64,000 bases of DNA. It comes from Dehalococcoidia bacterium (GTDB taxonomy: Bacteria; Chloroflexota; Dehalococcoidia; Bin125). Below, one piece after another: positions 26,724-35,839 of the stretch. The stretch lies in assembly GCA_965262235.1 (NCBI GenBank), contig OZ253504.1:2582354-2646353 (forward strand), given 5' to 3'. A program made the position numbers and the translations under genes. The notes under the pieces were generated by a model. The model was given only the letters and a program-made list of their open reading frames with translations. It was not told the DNA's origin and searched no databases. The first letter of the stretch is position 1. Every line of letters starts with the position of its first letter.

Positions 26724-27464
26724 GATCGTCTTCTCGACCTCGCGCAGCGGAACTTCCGGCAACACCTCGCCGAGAATTCGTACCCGGGGCGGGGGATAGT
26801 GATCGGTCGGCTGGAGAGCGGCGACTGGATTCAGCTGTACTGGATCATGGGCCGCAGCGCGAACAGCAGGAACCGCAAGCTGGTGTCGAGCGAGGGCGAG
26901 CTTCGTACCGAGCCGCTCGACGCGGCGCTCGCGGAAGATCCGACCAACATCATCTACGAGGCGATGCTCGAGGCGCCGGACGTGTTCGTGGTCTCGAACG
27001 GTGACCAGACGCGCACGATCCTCAATGCGCTGGCGCACGGTGATCGGTTCGAGGACGCGCTGGCGACGCGCGAGCGCGAGGACGACGCGCCCAACTACAC
27101 ACCGCGCATCGCCGGGCTGATCGACCTACGCGGCCGGACGCACCAGCTGCCCGCACAGCTCAGCCTCGCGATCCTGCGCGCGAGCGACGCGGACGCCGGC
27201 GAGACCGACCGGACGATCTATCGGCCGGCATTGCCGCCGCCGGGGCTTGGCCAGGGGCTCACGACGTACGCCGGAGATGGCAGCCCCCTGCCGCCATTCC
27301 GCGGCGACCCGCTGTGGTTACCAATGGTCGGGAATGTTCAGGCGATCCTTGACACGTATTGGCAGGCGCTCGACGCGAACAATCGAATCGCGCTGGCGGC
27401 GAAGCAGATACCGACCGACGGGGGCGAGACCCAAATTCACCTCCGCGGCTCTGGAGCGGAGTAG
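26718..27464 (+). CDS. PurO-like (archaeal-type) IMP cyclohydrolase homolog
   Basis: YPGRGIVIGRLESGDWIQLYWIMGRSANSRNR and VFVVSNGDQTRTI...NYTPRIAG align by memory with the PurO pattern Y.GR...GR..G....RSFPNR / VVSNG..T.TI...NTPRIA. Confidence 0.5.
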   Translation: MPDRLLDLAQRNFRQHLAENSYPGRGIVIGRLESGDWIQLYWIMGRSANSRNRKLVSSEGELRTEPLDAALAEDPTNIIYEAMLEAPDVFVVSNGDQTRTILNALAHGDRFEDALATREREDDAPNYTPRIAGLIDLRGRTHQLPAQLSLAILRASDADAGETDRTIYRPALPPPGLGQGLTTYAGDGSPLPPFRGDPLWLPMVGNVQAILDTYWQALDANNRIALAAKQIPTDGGETQIHLRGSGAE

Positions 27465-27469
27465 GCGGC

Positions 27470-29881
27470 ATGGCCGAGCATGAGGGCGCGCTGTCGGGGC
27501 TGACGGTGGTGCAGATCGGCTCAGGGCTCGACTCGGCCTACGCCGCGAAACTGCTCTCGGACCTGGGCGCGCGGCTGATCGTCGTCGAGCCACCCGATGG
27601 CGCGCCGCTGCGGACGCGTCCGCCGGTCGCCGACGGGGCGGGGCACGGGGCGATCTGGGCGCACCTCGCCTCGGGTGCGGAGTCGGTGGTTCCGGCCGAT
27701 CGCCAGGATGCCCGGCGAATTCTGCGCTCGTTGCTCGCTCATGCCGATGTGCTGCTGACGGATGGGACATCGCAGTCGCAGCAGGACCTGCCGACCGCGC
27801 CGCACGCGCGGCTGATCACTGCCGACCTATCGGCCTGGGGACGGTCGGGGCCGTACGCGGAGTGGCGTGAGAGCGACATCGCGACCTGGGCGATGGGCGG
27901 CTACATGTATTTCACGGGTGAGCCCGACCGCGAGCCGCTGATCATCCCGGGCAGCCAGAGCGCGATCCACGCGGGCGTGCATTGCGCGCTCGCTGTGCTT
28001 GCGGCGGTGCGCGAGCGTCGCCGCTCGGGGCACGGCCAGCAGATCGAGCTGTCGCAGCTCGAGGCGAATCTGTCAGCGCATGCGTGGCTGGTCTCGTCGT
28101 GGACCGCCAGCGGGCAGGCGCTGCTGCGCACGGGGCATGACTTCACCAGGACGCGCGACGGCTGGGCGCATTTCATGCAGATGGTGCCCAACCCGAACGT
28201 CTTCCTGCTGATCGACCAGCCGGAGCGGATGGACGAGGTGATCGCCAACGACATCGACACGTGGCGGCGGGCAGTGGCGGGCGTGTACCGCGAGGTGGAG
28301 GCCTGGGCGCAGGACGTTGATTCAGAGGAGGTGGCGACCCGCGCGCAGGAGCTGCGAGTGGCCTGCACGCCGATGCTCGATGCGGCCGGGCTGGATCGAA
28401 ATCCTCAGCTCGCGGCGCGGGGCTGGTGGGAGACGGATTTGGACGCCGAGCTCGGGGAGCTGCGGTTCCCGGGCCCGGCGTACCAGCTCTCGCGAACGCC
28501 CGCGCATCGAGGCGGCCCCGCGCCGCAGCTCGGCGAGCACAGCGCGGCGATTCGGGAGGAGTTCGTGGGGCGAGCCGCGCCGCCTGCGCCGAGCGCGATG
28601 CCGACCGATGCCGGGCCGCTGGAGGGGCTGACTGTCGTTGAGCTGACCTCGAACTGGGCCGGGCCGATCGCCGGACGCCACCTGGGCGACCTCGGCGCGA
28701 ATGTGATCAAGCTGGAGTGGGCGGCGCGTCCCGCGACGCGCGCGTTGTTCATGCCGGGGCCGACGCAGGACCCGCAGCGCTATCCCTATGACCGCGCGAT
28801 GTACTTCAATCTGCTCAATCGCAACAAGCGGGATGTGATCGTGGATCTGGCGACCGAGCAGGGGCGCGAGGTGTTCAGGGCGCTGATCGCGCGCGCCGAC
28901 GTGTTCATCGAGAACAACAGCGCGCGCGTGATGCCGAACCTTGGCCTGGGCTACGACGCGATGAGCGAGGTCAACCCGCGGCTGATTTACGTGTCGATGT
29001 CGGGCTTCGGCGCGACCGGCCCGTGGCGCGACTGGAGCGCGTACGGGTCGAACATCGAGGCGTCGTCGGGCCTGGCGTCGGTGACGGGCTACGACGAGTC
29101 GCAGGTCTATCGCACGCCGGTGTTCTACGCCGACCCGGTGGCGGGCAATCACGCGGCGGTGGCGATTCTGGCGGCGCTGGAGGAGCGTGAGCGCTCGGGG
29201 CTGGGGCAGTTCATCGATGTCGCGCTGAACGAAGCGGGCGCCTGCCACTTCCTCGAGATGCTGCTCGACTATCAGGCGACGGGCACGATCCGGCGGCCGA
29301 ACGGCAACCGCGACGAGCGATTCGCGCCGCAGGGCGCCTATCGCTGCGCGGGTGATGACTGCTGGATCGGCCTGGCGGTGCAGAGCGACGAGGAGTGGCC
29401 GCTGCTCGCGGAAGCGATCGGTCGCCAGGACCTGGCGGACGATCTGGAGCTGGCGACGCTCGCCGGTCGCCAGGGGCGACACGACGAGCTGGATGCGGCG
29501 ATCCACACCTGGACGCAGGGATACGAGCAATACGAGGCGGCGTGGATCCTGCAGCGGGCCGGCGTCTCGGCCGCGCCGGTGCTGGCCAACTGGCAGGTGC
29601 TGGCCGACCCGCATCTGTTTCATCGCGGGTTCTACGTGCCGATCGAGCATCCCGTGGTAGGGGTCTACCCGTTCCCCTCGTGGCCCTGGCGCTTTTCGCG
29701 GACGCCGGCGCGGGTGAGGCGCGCGGCGCCGCGGTTCGCCGAGCACAACCGGGAGGTTCTGTCGGAGATCGGCTTGTCGGAGCAGCAGATCCAGCAGCTC
29801 TACGACGAGGGGATCACATCCGATGCGCCCACGGCCCCGACGCTGGTCGTCCGTTCGGGCCTGTCGGCGCCCGACGACTAA
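27470..29881 (+). CDS. tandem two-domain family III CoA-transferase (CaiB/BaiF x2 fusion)
   Basis: LTVVQIGSGLDSAYAAKLLSDLGARLIVVEPP and LTVVELTSNWAGPIAGRHLGDLGANVIKLEW signatures. Start trimmed to MAEHEG (track ORF starts at 27359). Confidence 0.8.
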   Translation: MAEHEGALSGLTVVQIGSGLDSAYAAKLLSDLGARLIVVEPPDGAPLRTRPPVADGAGHGAIWAHLASGAESVVPADRQDARRILRSLLAHADVLLTDGTSQSQQDLPTAPHARLITADLSAWGRSGPYAEWRESDIATWAMGGYMYFTGEPDREPLIIPGSQSAIHAGVHCALAVLAAVRERRRSGHGQQIELSQLEANLSAHAWLVSSWTASGQALLRTGHDFTRTRDGWAHFMQMVPNPNVFLLIDQPERMDEVIANDIDTWRRAVAGVYREVEAWAQDVDSEEVATRAQELRVACTPMLDAAGLDRNPQLAARGWWETDLDAELGELRFPGPAYQLSRTPAHRGGPAPQLGEHSAAIREEFVGRAAPPAPSAMPTDAGPLEGLTVVELTSNWAGPIAGRHLGDLGANVIKLEWAARPATRALFMPGPTQDPQRYPYDRAMYFNLLNRNKRDVIVDLATEQGREVFRALIARADVFIENNSARVMPNLGLGYDAMSEVNPRLIYVSMSGFGATGPWRDWSAYGSNIEASSGLASVTGYDESQVYRTPVFYADPVAGNHAAVAILAALEERERSGLGQFIDVALNEAGACHFLEMLLDYQATGTIRRPNGNRDERFAPQGAYRCAGDDCWIGLAVQSDEEWPLLAEAIGRQDLADDLELATLAGRQGRHDELDAAIHTWTQGYEQYEAAWILQRAGVSAAPVLANWQVLADPHLFHRGFYVPIEHPVVGVYPFPSWPWRFSRTPARVRRAAPRFAEHNREVLSEIGLSEQQIQQLYDEGITSDAPTAPTLVVRSGLSAPDD

Positions 29882-29916
29882 CTGGCTGCTGAAAGTGTCA
29901 AGGCGTCCGCTCTTGC

Positions 29917-29940
29917 TCTCCCCCCACGGTGCGGGGGGAG
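29917..29940. terminator. GC-rich hairpin (stem tctcccccc/ggggggag) between convergent genes
   Basis: Perfect 8-9 bp G/C stem with 7-nt loop; no T-tract, so function as a terminator is inferred only from position. Confidence 0.3.
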
Positions 29941-30044
29941 ATGTCACGTAGTGACAGAAGGGGGCTCCGACCATGCCGGACCGGATGCGCCAGGCCGTTG
30001 CGTCGGGGCGGCAGGCCCCCCTCTGCCTTCGGCATCTCCCCCCG

Positions 30045-30069
30045 CGGGGCGGGGGGAGAGGGGATCGGG
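30045..30069. terminator. second copy of the GC-rich hairpin (stem tctcccccc/ggggggaga)
   Basis: Same 9-bp stem as at 29917, about 127 bp away; lies before the stop of the minus-strand gene at 30086. Confidence 0.3.
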
Positions 30070-30085
30070 CTTCTTCAGAGCATTC

Positions 30086-30454
30086 TTAGCAATACGACAT
30101 CGACGAAGACGGACCGGCGAGGCCGCACTCAAGCGGCTCACCGTCGGGCCCTCGCCAGACTTGGCCGTCCCAGGTGTACCCAGGTGGGTCCAGTGTGTAG
30201 CCGTCGGGGTGTACGCGTCGCGGGCCGGGCCCGAACGGCCGGCTGGGGTGGTCAATATGGAAGCCGTGTTCGTCGAGATACGGCACGCAGTTCCGCTTCT
30301 CGCCTTCAGGCCAATCCACATCCTCGAAGTGGCGAAACGCCCACAAGATCGCGTCGAGCGACGTCTTCACGTGCGCCGGCTCGACGTACTTGTCATCTGA
30401 CGTTCGACCGCCCGCGTCGGCGGATCGATCCGCCGGTGTTCGCTCCGCGACCAT
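30086..30454 (-). CDS. hypothetical protein
   Basis: 122-aa ORF with high-GC3 codon usage; no recognisable motif. Confidence 0.35.
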   Translation of the reverse strand: MVAERTPADRSADAGGRTSDDKYVEPAHVKTSLDAILWAFRHFEDVDWPEGEKRNCVPYLDEHGFHIDHPSRPFGPGPRRVHPDGYTLDPPGYTWDGQVWRGPDGEPLECGLAGPSSSMSYC

Positions 30455-30541
30455 CGTCGCCTCCGCTCATCCACGATCACAATACATCGTTTACGGGCAT
30501 CCTGGTGACTAGCTAGCCACTGGTGATCGTCGTCGGGCGCG

Positions 30542-31297
30542 TCAAACGAGCGGCCAGGGGACGGCGCGACGGTTTTGGGGGGGATTGGGCAGGTGACGCT
30601 CGGAGAGGGCGCGAATCGCACGCTGCCGCAGGATCTCGAGCTCCTGCTCGGTGAGCAGTTCGGCGAGCGCGCTGTGGGCCGGACCGGCCGCTTCCAGGTC
30701 GCCGGCCAGCTGCTCGACATCGCTGAGCAGCTGCTCCGAGATTTCGTCGCCCGCGTAATCCCAGATCACCGTGCGGAGCTTCTCGTCGACGTGGAAGGAG
30801 AGCCCGTTGTCGATGCCCCAAAGGTGGCCGGCCTCGCCTTCGAGGATGTGGCCGCCCTTGCGGTCGGCGTTGTTGGCCAGCCAATCGAAGAGCGCGAACT
30901 GACGCATCCGCTCGGCGTGCTGCTCGCGCAGCTCGAAGAAGGTGCAGCGGTAGTCGGTCGGGATGTAGGCCTGTAGCGAGCCAACGCCCAGCTCCAACCC
31001 TTCCGCGCGCTTCACGGTTGGCGGAATGATCGACCAGGCCAGCGCCCGCGAGAGCCGGTAGGCCGCGACCTCGCGGCGGTAGAGCTCGGGCGGGAAGTCC
31101 CAGAGCGGGTTCTCGCCGCGCGCCGGCTTGTAGATCGCGTAGCCCGACTCGGGCGCGGCCTCGTGCTGCAGCTCGACGATGAACACGCGGTTCGAGGCGT
31201 AGGGAATTCGCGCCCCGTCGACCACTTCGCCGTGCAGCAGCCAGTCTTCGATCTCGTCGCCGGCAGGGTCCCACGAACGGTCGGGGAAGCGGTCCAT
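30542..31297 (-). CDS. PI3/PI4-kinase-like protein (SCO1664-family-like)
   Basis: IYKPARGENPLWDFP and LANNADRKGGHIL resemble lipid/protein kinase-like catalytic loops; 251 aa. Assignment from memory of family patterns. Confidence 0.45.
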   Translation of the reverse strand: MDRFPDRSWDPAGDEIEDWLLHGEVVDGARIPYASNRVFIVELQHEAAPESGYAIYKPARGENPLWDFPPELYRREVAAYRLSRALAWSIIPPTVKRAEGLELGVGSLQAYIPTDYRCTFFELREQHAERMRQFALFDWLANNADRKGGHILEGEAGHLWGIDNGLSFHVDEKLRTVIWDYAGDEISEQLLSDVEQLAGDLEAAGPAHSALAELLTEQELEILRQRAIRALSERHLPNPPQNRRAVPWPLV

Positions 31298-31303
31298 GCG
31301 CGG

Positions 31304-32089
31304 TCAGCCGCTGTTGCTGATCTGGATGGCGTCGCCGACGGAGATTCGGCCGCCGCTGACGACGTTGGCTTCGACGCCGAAGTCGAGGTGGCCGTAGTTG
31401 TCTTTCAGCACACCCATCAGCTCAGTGTCGCGGCCGGCGCCGGTCGGCGAGGCGTTGATCGCGTTGCAGCGGACGAGCCGCGCGGTTACATCGATCTCAA
31501 CCTCCGGACCGACGCGCAGGCGGCGGCCGACCCAGTCGAACTCGGACCACGCCTCGATGCCTTCCACGGCGAAGTTCAACCGGAAGCGCCGGAAGTCGAC
31601 ATCGACCGTGGCGACATCGGAGAGGTCACTGAGGCTGTCGAGCCCGGCGAGACTGATCTGGGTCGGACCGCGGTCGGTATAGCGGCTCGAGCCGTCGCCG
31701 AGCAGCACCAGCGGCTCGCGCTCGGGTCGACCGCTCAGCGGATTCTCGTCGAACGTGCGCACCACATCGGCCAACCGGTCGGCGAGGGCGGTGCGCTGCC
31801 GTTGGTCGGCTACGTCGGCCGATTGTTCGGCGCCTTCGAACGCGAGCGAGAGGCGGCCGGTGGCGGAATCGAAGCTCGCGGCGACACGTGGCAGATCGGG
31901 GGTGTTGAGCAGCGTGACCGACTGGCGCTTGGAAACCCAGCCGATCGGACCGACGCGCTCGGCGTTGCCGAACGCGAAGATGAAGGCTCGGTCACCGAGA
32001 ACCGATTGGCCCGGTTCGAGTTGCAGCGTCTCAGCCGGCTGGGCGGTGAGGCCCTTGACGGGGTAGACGTAGCAGGCGTTGATCTTCAT
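31304..32089 (-). CDS. MOSC domain protein
   Basis: FRRFRLNFAVEGIEAWSEFDWVGRRLRVG...RLVRCNAINASPTGAGRD matches the MOSC beta-barrel and conserved Cys region. Confidence 0.75.
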   Translation of the reverse strand: MKINACYVYPVKGLTAQPAETLQLEPGQSVLGDRAFIFAFGNAERVGPIGWVSKRQSVTLLNTPDLPRVAASFDSATGRLSLAFEGAEQSADVADQRQRTALADRLADVVRTFDENPLSGRPEREPLVLLGDGSSRYTDRGPTQISLAGLDSLSDLSDVATVDVDFRRFRLNFAVEGIEAWSEFDWVGRRLRVGPEVEIDVTARLVRCNAINASPTGAGRDTELMGVLKDNYGHLDFGVEANVVSGGRISVGDAIQISNSG

Positions 32090-32126
32090 GGCTGCTGGCC
32101 AATCACTCTGTGGGTCATGTCGGCGG

Positions 32127-33173
32127 TCATCTCGGTGGTCCGAGCATCTCGAAAAACTCTGATTCGGAGATCACATCGATCTTGTGGCCCTCGGCGATCA
32201 GCTCGTCGGCGCGGAGTCGATCACGCTGGGCCGGCCCTTGCGCACCGTGTTCGATCGTATGGTCCGCGACGATCAGGAGGGTCGTCTCCTCGCTGAGCGC
32301 GGAACTGACCGTCAGCCCGGCGCGCCGGGCGACGATCTGCAGTGCGGCCGGCGCGACCAGCGACGAGCAGCTGACGACGACTGTCTCATCGTAGCGGCGG
32401 CGCTTCAGTCGCCGCAGCCGTCGCTTACGGGTCTTGCGTGGCTTGGCCGGGGTGGGTGGCGTGGCTGGGACGTCGGCTTTCGCGCGCTGCGGGCGCGCGG
32501 TGGGCTTGGTCGGCTCAGCGGGCTTGGTGGCCTGGGTGCGCTTGGCGGGCTTGGTGGATTTGGCGGGCTTCGATCGTGGCGCGGGGGTGCTGCCGGGCGC
32601 TGCTGGTGCGGGCGCACGAGTGGGCGCACGAGCGGGCGCACGCTCGAGCTCGATGATCGGTTCGATCGTCCGCGCGCCGGTTTTGCGCATCGCGGCGAGG
32701 ATCACGTGACCGGCGGCCTTTGCGTCGGCGAGCGCGTCGTGGTGGGCGAAGCGGTAGCCGATCATTCGGCAGACCTCTGCGAGGCCGTAGCCGTCGCGGG
32801 AGCGATGCGGCCAGGTTCGGCGCGTGACCAGCGCGGAATCGAGCCAGCGCCAGCTCGGCGGCGGCAGGTTGGCTCGCGCCGCCGCCTGCGAGATCGCCGA
32901 GCGGTCGAACTGCGTGTGATGCACGACGACGCTGTCGGCGACGAACTCGTTGAGGCGCGGGAGCGCCTCTGCGAAGCGCGGCGCCCTCGCCACCTTGTCG
33001 CGGTCGATCCCGTGGATGCCGACGTTGACCGCGGCGAAGTAGTCCTGCGGATCGACCAGGGTGTAGAACTCGTCGACGATCGCGCCGCGCTCGAAGCGCG
33101 CCGCGCCGATCGAGCAGATCGACGCGTAGTCGGAGTTGGCTGTCTCGACATCGAGCGCGACGAACGAGCTCAT
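32127..33173 (-). CDS. DEDDh 3'-5' exonuclease with Pro/Lys-rich linker and C-terminal BRCT domain
   Basis: N-terminal FVALDVETAN...HHDALADA exonuclease motifs. Low-complexity PAPA/KPAK linker, then BRCT-like segment ETVVVSCSSLVAPAALQIVARRAGLTV...LLIVADH. Confidence 0.75.
   Translation of the reverse strand: MSSFVALDVETANSDYASICSIGAARFERGAIVDEFYTLVDPQDYFAAVNVGIHGIDRDKVARAPRFAEALPRLNEFVADSVVVHHTQFDRSAISQAAARANLPPPSWRWLDSALVTRRTWPHRSRDGYGLAEVCRMIGYRFAHHDALADAKAAGHVILAAMRKTGARTIEPIIELERAPARAPTRAPAPAAPGSTPAPRSKPAKSTKPAKRTQATKPAEPTKPTARPQRAKADVPATPPTPAKPRKTRKRRLRRLKRRRYDETVVVSCSSLVAPAALQIVARRAGLTVSSALSEETTLLIVADHTIEHGAQGPAQRDRLRADELIAEGHKIDVISESEFFEMLGPPR
32434..32650. repeat. degenerate short tandem repeats inside the exonuclease linker coding region
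   Basis: Repeated gcgggcttggtgg and gggcgcacgag units encoding the PKPA-rich linker. Confidence 0.7.
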
Positions 33174-33175
33174 GG

Positions 33176-35728
33176 TTAGCCGCCAGCGGCAAAGGCCTGA
33201 CAGGCGCGGGCGCGGCGCAACTCGTCGAGCGCCTCGCGCAGGTTGCGGGCGAGCAGCAGATCGCCGTCGCCGAGCTGTTCAAGCAGGTTAGCCGAGCGGT
33301 TGACGACCTCGTCGATCGCGACGTGGCCGGGGTAGAGCGCGCCGAACCAGCGCGTCGCGTACTCCTTGTCGCGTTCGGCGAACACGCCACGCACCTCCTC
33401 GAAGAAGCGGCCGACGTAGGGCTGTAGCAGCGCATCCTGAGGCTTCCACCAGAAGCCGTGCATTGCGGCGCCGAGGATGTGCAGCGAGGCCTCGCGGTCC
33501 TCGCGGAAGCGTGACCAGGCCGCTGTCTTGATCGCGGCGTCGGCGCGCGAGGCGCGCACGGTCTCAGCGGCGCGCTGGCCGCGGTCGGAGCCGTCGCGCT
33601 CCAGTTCTGGAGCGAGCCGTTCGAAGCCTCCCTGCATGTCGTAGGCGACCGACTTGGTCACCAAACTCCAGCGCATGTCCTGGTCGAGCTCGAAGCCTTC
33701 GATGTCGACGCCGTCGTCGGCGAGCGCGAGCAACCGCTGGATTCGCTCGGGCTCCTGCGCCGAGCCGATCAGGATGCGCGCCCAGACGATCCGGAAGTCC
33801 GCGTCAGCGGTCGAGAAGAGCCCATCCCAGGCGAGGTCGAAGAGTTGGGCCGCGCGATCGAGCCGCTGCGATTCGGGCAGGTAGCGACCGATCGCGTAGA
33901 GCGCGTGGTTGGCGATGGTCTGCATGATCTCGAGCGTGCCCTCGCTGCCGAGCTTGTCGGCCGCGAGCGCGACGAAGTCACCGGCGGAGAACTGCTGGTC
34001 GCGCACCATGTCCCACAGGGTGTGCCAGAAGAGCAGGCGCTCGAACGGCGCGTCGAAGCGATCGATCTGTTCCTGCACGAACGACAGCGAGCGGTCGTCG
34101 AGCGCGATCTTGGCAAACGCGTGGTCGCCGTGGTTGGGGAAGACGGCGGCCGGCGCGCTGATCCCGACGAGGCCCTCGACGACGGTTTCGGGACCGTCGA
34201 GGTCGACCGGCACGGCGTCGCGCAGCACCGGGCCGTCGTCGCCGGCGTCGTAGATCGCCACCTCGGTCCGGTGCGGACGGAGGTCGGTGTGCTCCGCCGG
34301 TGCGGTCTGGACCATGGTGAAGGAGTTCACTTCGCCGTCGACGACGCTGTAGTTGGCGGCCAGGGTGTTGACGCCGGCGCGTTCGAGCCACAGTTCCGAC
34401 CAGCGGCCCAGCTCGCGGCCGGAGCCTCGCTCGAGCGCGGCGAGGAAGTCGGCCAGGGTCGTGTTGCCCCAGGCGTGGGTCTGGAAGTAGTCCCGCATGC
34501 CGTCGCGGAAGCCCTCGGCGCCGAGGAAGGCGACGAGCTGCTTGAGCACCGCAGCGCCCTTGCCGTAGGTGATCCCGTCGAAGTTCAGGAACGTGGCGTC
34601 GGTGTCGGGCACGTCGCCGGCGATCGGGTGGGTGGTGGGGAGCTGGTCCTGCTCGTAGGCCCAGGCCTTCATCCGCGCGTGGAAGGCCGACCAGGCGGAC
34701 GACTCGAAGCGCGTGGCCTGCTCCATCGAGAGGTAGGCCATGTAGGTCGCAAACGACTCGTTGAGCCAGAGGTCATTCCACCACTGCATCGTGACGAGGT
34801 CGCCGAACCACATGTGGGCCATCTCGTGCAGCACGACCTCGGCGCGGTTGAGCCGCTGGATGTCGGTCGGCGGGTCGCGGAAGATCATCCGCTCCGAGTA
34901 GGTGATACAGCCGACGTTCTCCATCGCGCCCATGTTGAACTCGGGCACGAAGACCTGGTCGTACTTGTCGAATGGGTAGCGGAAGTCGAAGAAGTCGGAG
35001 TAGAAGGTCAGGCCCTGGCGGGTGACCTCGAAGAACTCGTCGGCATCGAAGTACTCGGCCAGCGAGGAGCGGCAGCAGACGCCGAGCGGCGTGTCTTCCC
35101 AGCGGTCGTCGAAGCGCACGTAGGGACCCGCCGCGAGCGCGAGCAGGTAGGTGCTGAAGCGCGGGGTGGTCACGAAGCGACGCCGCGTGCGTTCGCCGGC
35201 ATCGACTGACTCCGTCTCGGCGACCGGGTAGTTGGCGATCACCTCCCAGGCGCTGGGAGCGGTGACGGTCAGGTCGTAGGTCCCCTTGAGGTCGGGCTGG
35301 TCGAAGCAGGGCAGCAGACGGTGGGCGTCGTAGGGCTCGAAGTGGGTGTAGAGGTATTCGGCGCCGTCCTGTGGATCGATAAACTGATGCAGTCCTGCGC
35401 CGATGTGGTCGTAGTCGTTGGTGTAGTGGACGCGCACCTCGTTGGCAGCGGCCAGATCGGCGCCGTCGAGATAGAGACGGTTGCGCTCATGCCGCGCGGC
35501 CCGCTGGACGCCGTTGACGGTCAGCGAGTGGATCTCGCGACCCGTGAAGTCGAGGAATGCGCCCGCGGCGGGAGCGGCGTGGCTGAAGCGGATCGCGGCT
35601 TCGGCGTCGTAGGTCTCGGAGCCGGCGGTCAGGGAGAGGGTGAGGTCGTAGGCGACGTCCGAGATCGCCGCGGCCCGGTCTTCCGCCTCGTTCTGCGTCA
35701 AGACATTGGGGCCCGCTAGTTCGGCCAT
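33176..35728 (-). CDS. pepN: aminopeptidase N (M1 family)
   Basis: GAMEN motif and HEMAHMWFGDLVT...E zinc-binding motif; 850 aa. Confidence 0.9.
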   Translation of the reverse strand: MAELAGPNVLTQNEAEDRAAAISDVAYDLTLSLTAGSETYDAEAAIRFSHAAPAAGAFLDFTGREIHSLTVNGVQRAARHERNRLYLDGADLAAANEVRVHYTNDYDHIGAGLHQFIDPQDGAEYLYTHFEPYDAHRLLPCFDQPDLKGTYDLTVTAPSAWEVIANYPVAETESVDAGERTRRRFVTTPRFSTYLLALAAGPYVRFDDRWEDTPLGVCCRSSLAEYFDADEFFEVTRQGLTFYSDFFDFRYPFDKYDQVFVPEFNMGAMENVGCITYSERMIFRDPPTDIQRLNRAEVVLHEMAHMWFGDLVTMQWWNDLWLNESFATYMAYLSMEQATRFESSAWSAFHARMKAWAYEQDQLPTTHPIAGDVPDTDATFLNFDGITYGKGAAVLKQLVAFLGAEGFRDGMRDYFQTHAWGNTTLADFLAALERGSGRELGRWSELWLERAGVNTLAANYSVVDGEVNSFTMVQTAPAEHTDLRPHRTEVAIYDAGDDGPVLRDAVPVDLDGPETVVEGLVGISAPAAVFPNHGDHAFAKIALDDRSLSFVQEQIDRFDAPFERLLFWHTLWDMVRDQQFSAGDFVALAADKLGSEGTLEIMQTIANHALYAIGRYLPESQRLDRAAQLFDLAWDGLFSTADADFRIVWARILIGSAQEPERIQRLLALADDGVDIEGFELDQDMRWSLVTKSVAYDMQGGFERLAPELERDGSDRGQRAAETVRASRADAAIKTAAWSRFREDREASLHILGAAMHGFWWKPQDALLQPYVGRFFEEVRGVFAERDKEYATRWFGALYPGHVAIDEVVNRSANLLEQLGDGDLLLARNLREALDELRRARACQAFAAGG

Positions 35729-35839
35729 CGCGTGATCCTCCTGTGAAGCTTGAATTTGCCGCGGATCGTATCAGCCTCGAACACGCGCCCGTCTACCATG
35801 CGGTTCGATTCACCCGATCGACACACAGCGGAGCGCAGC

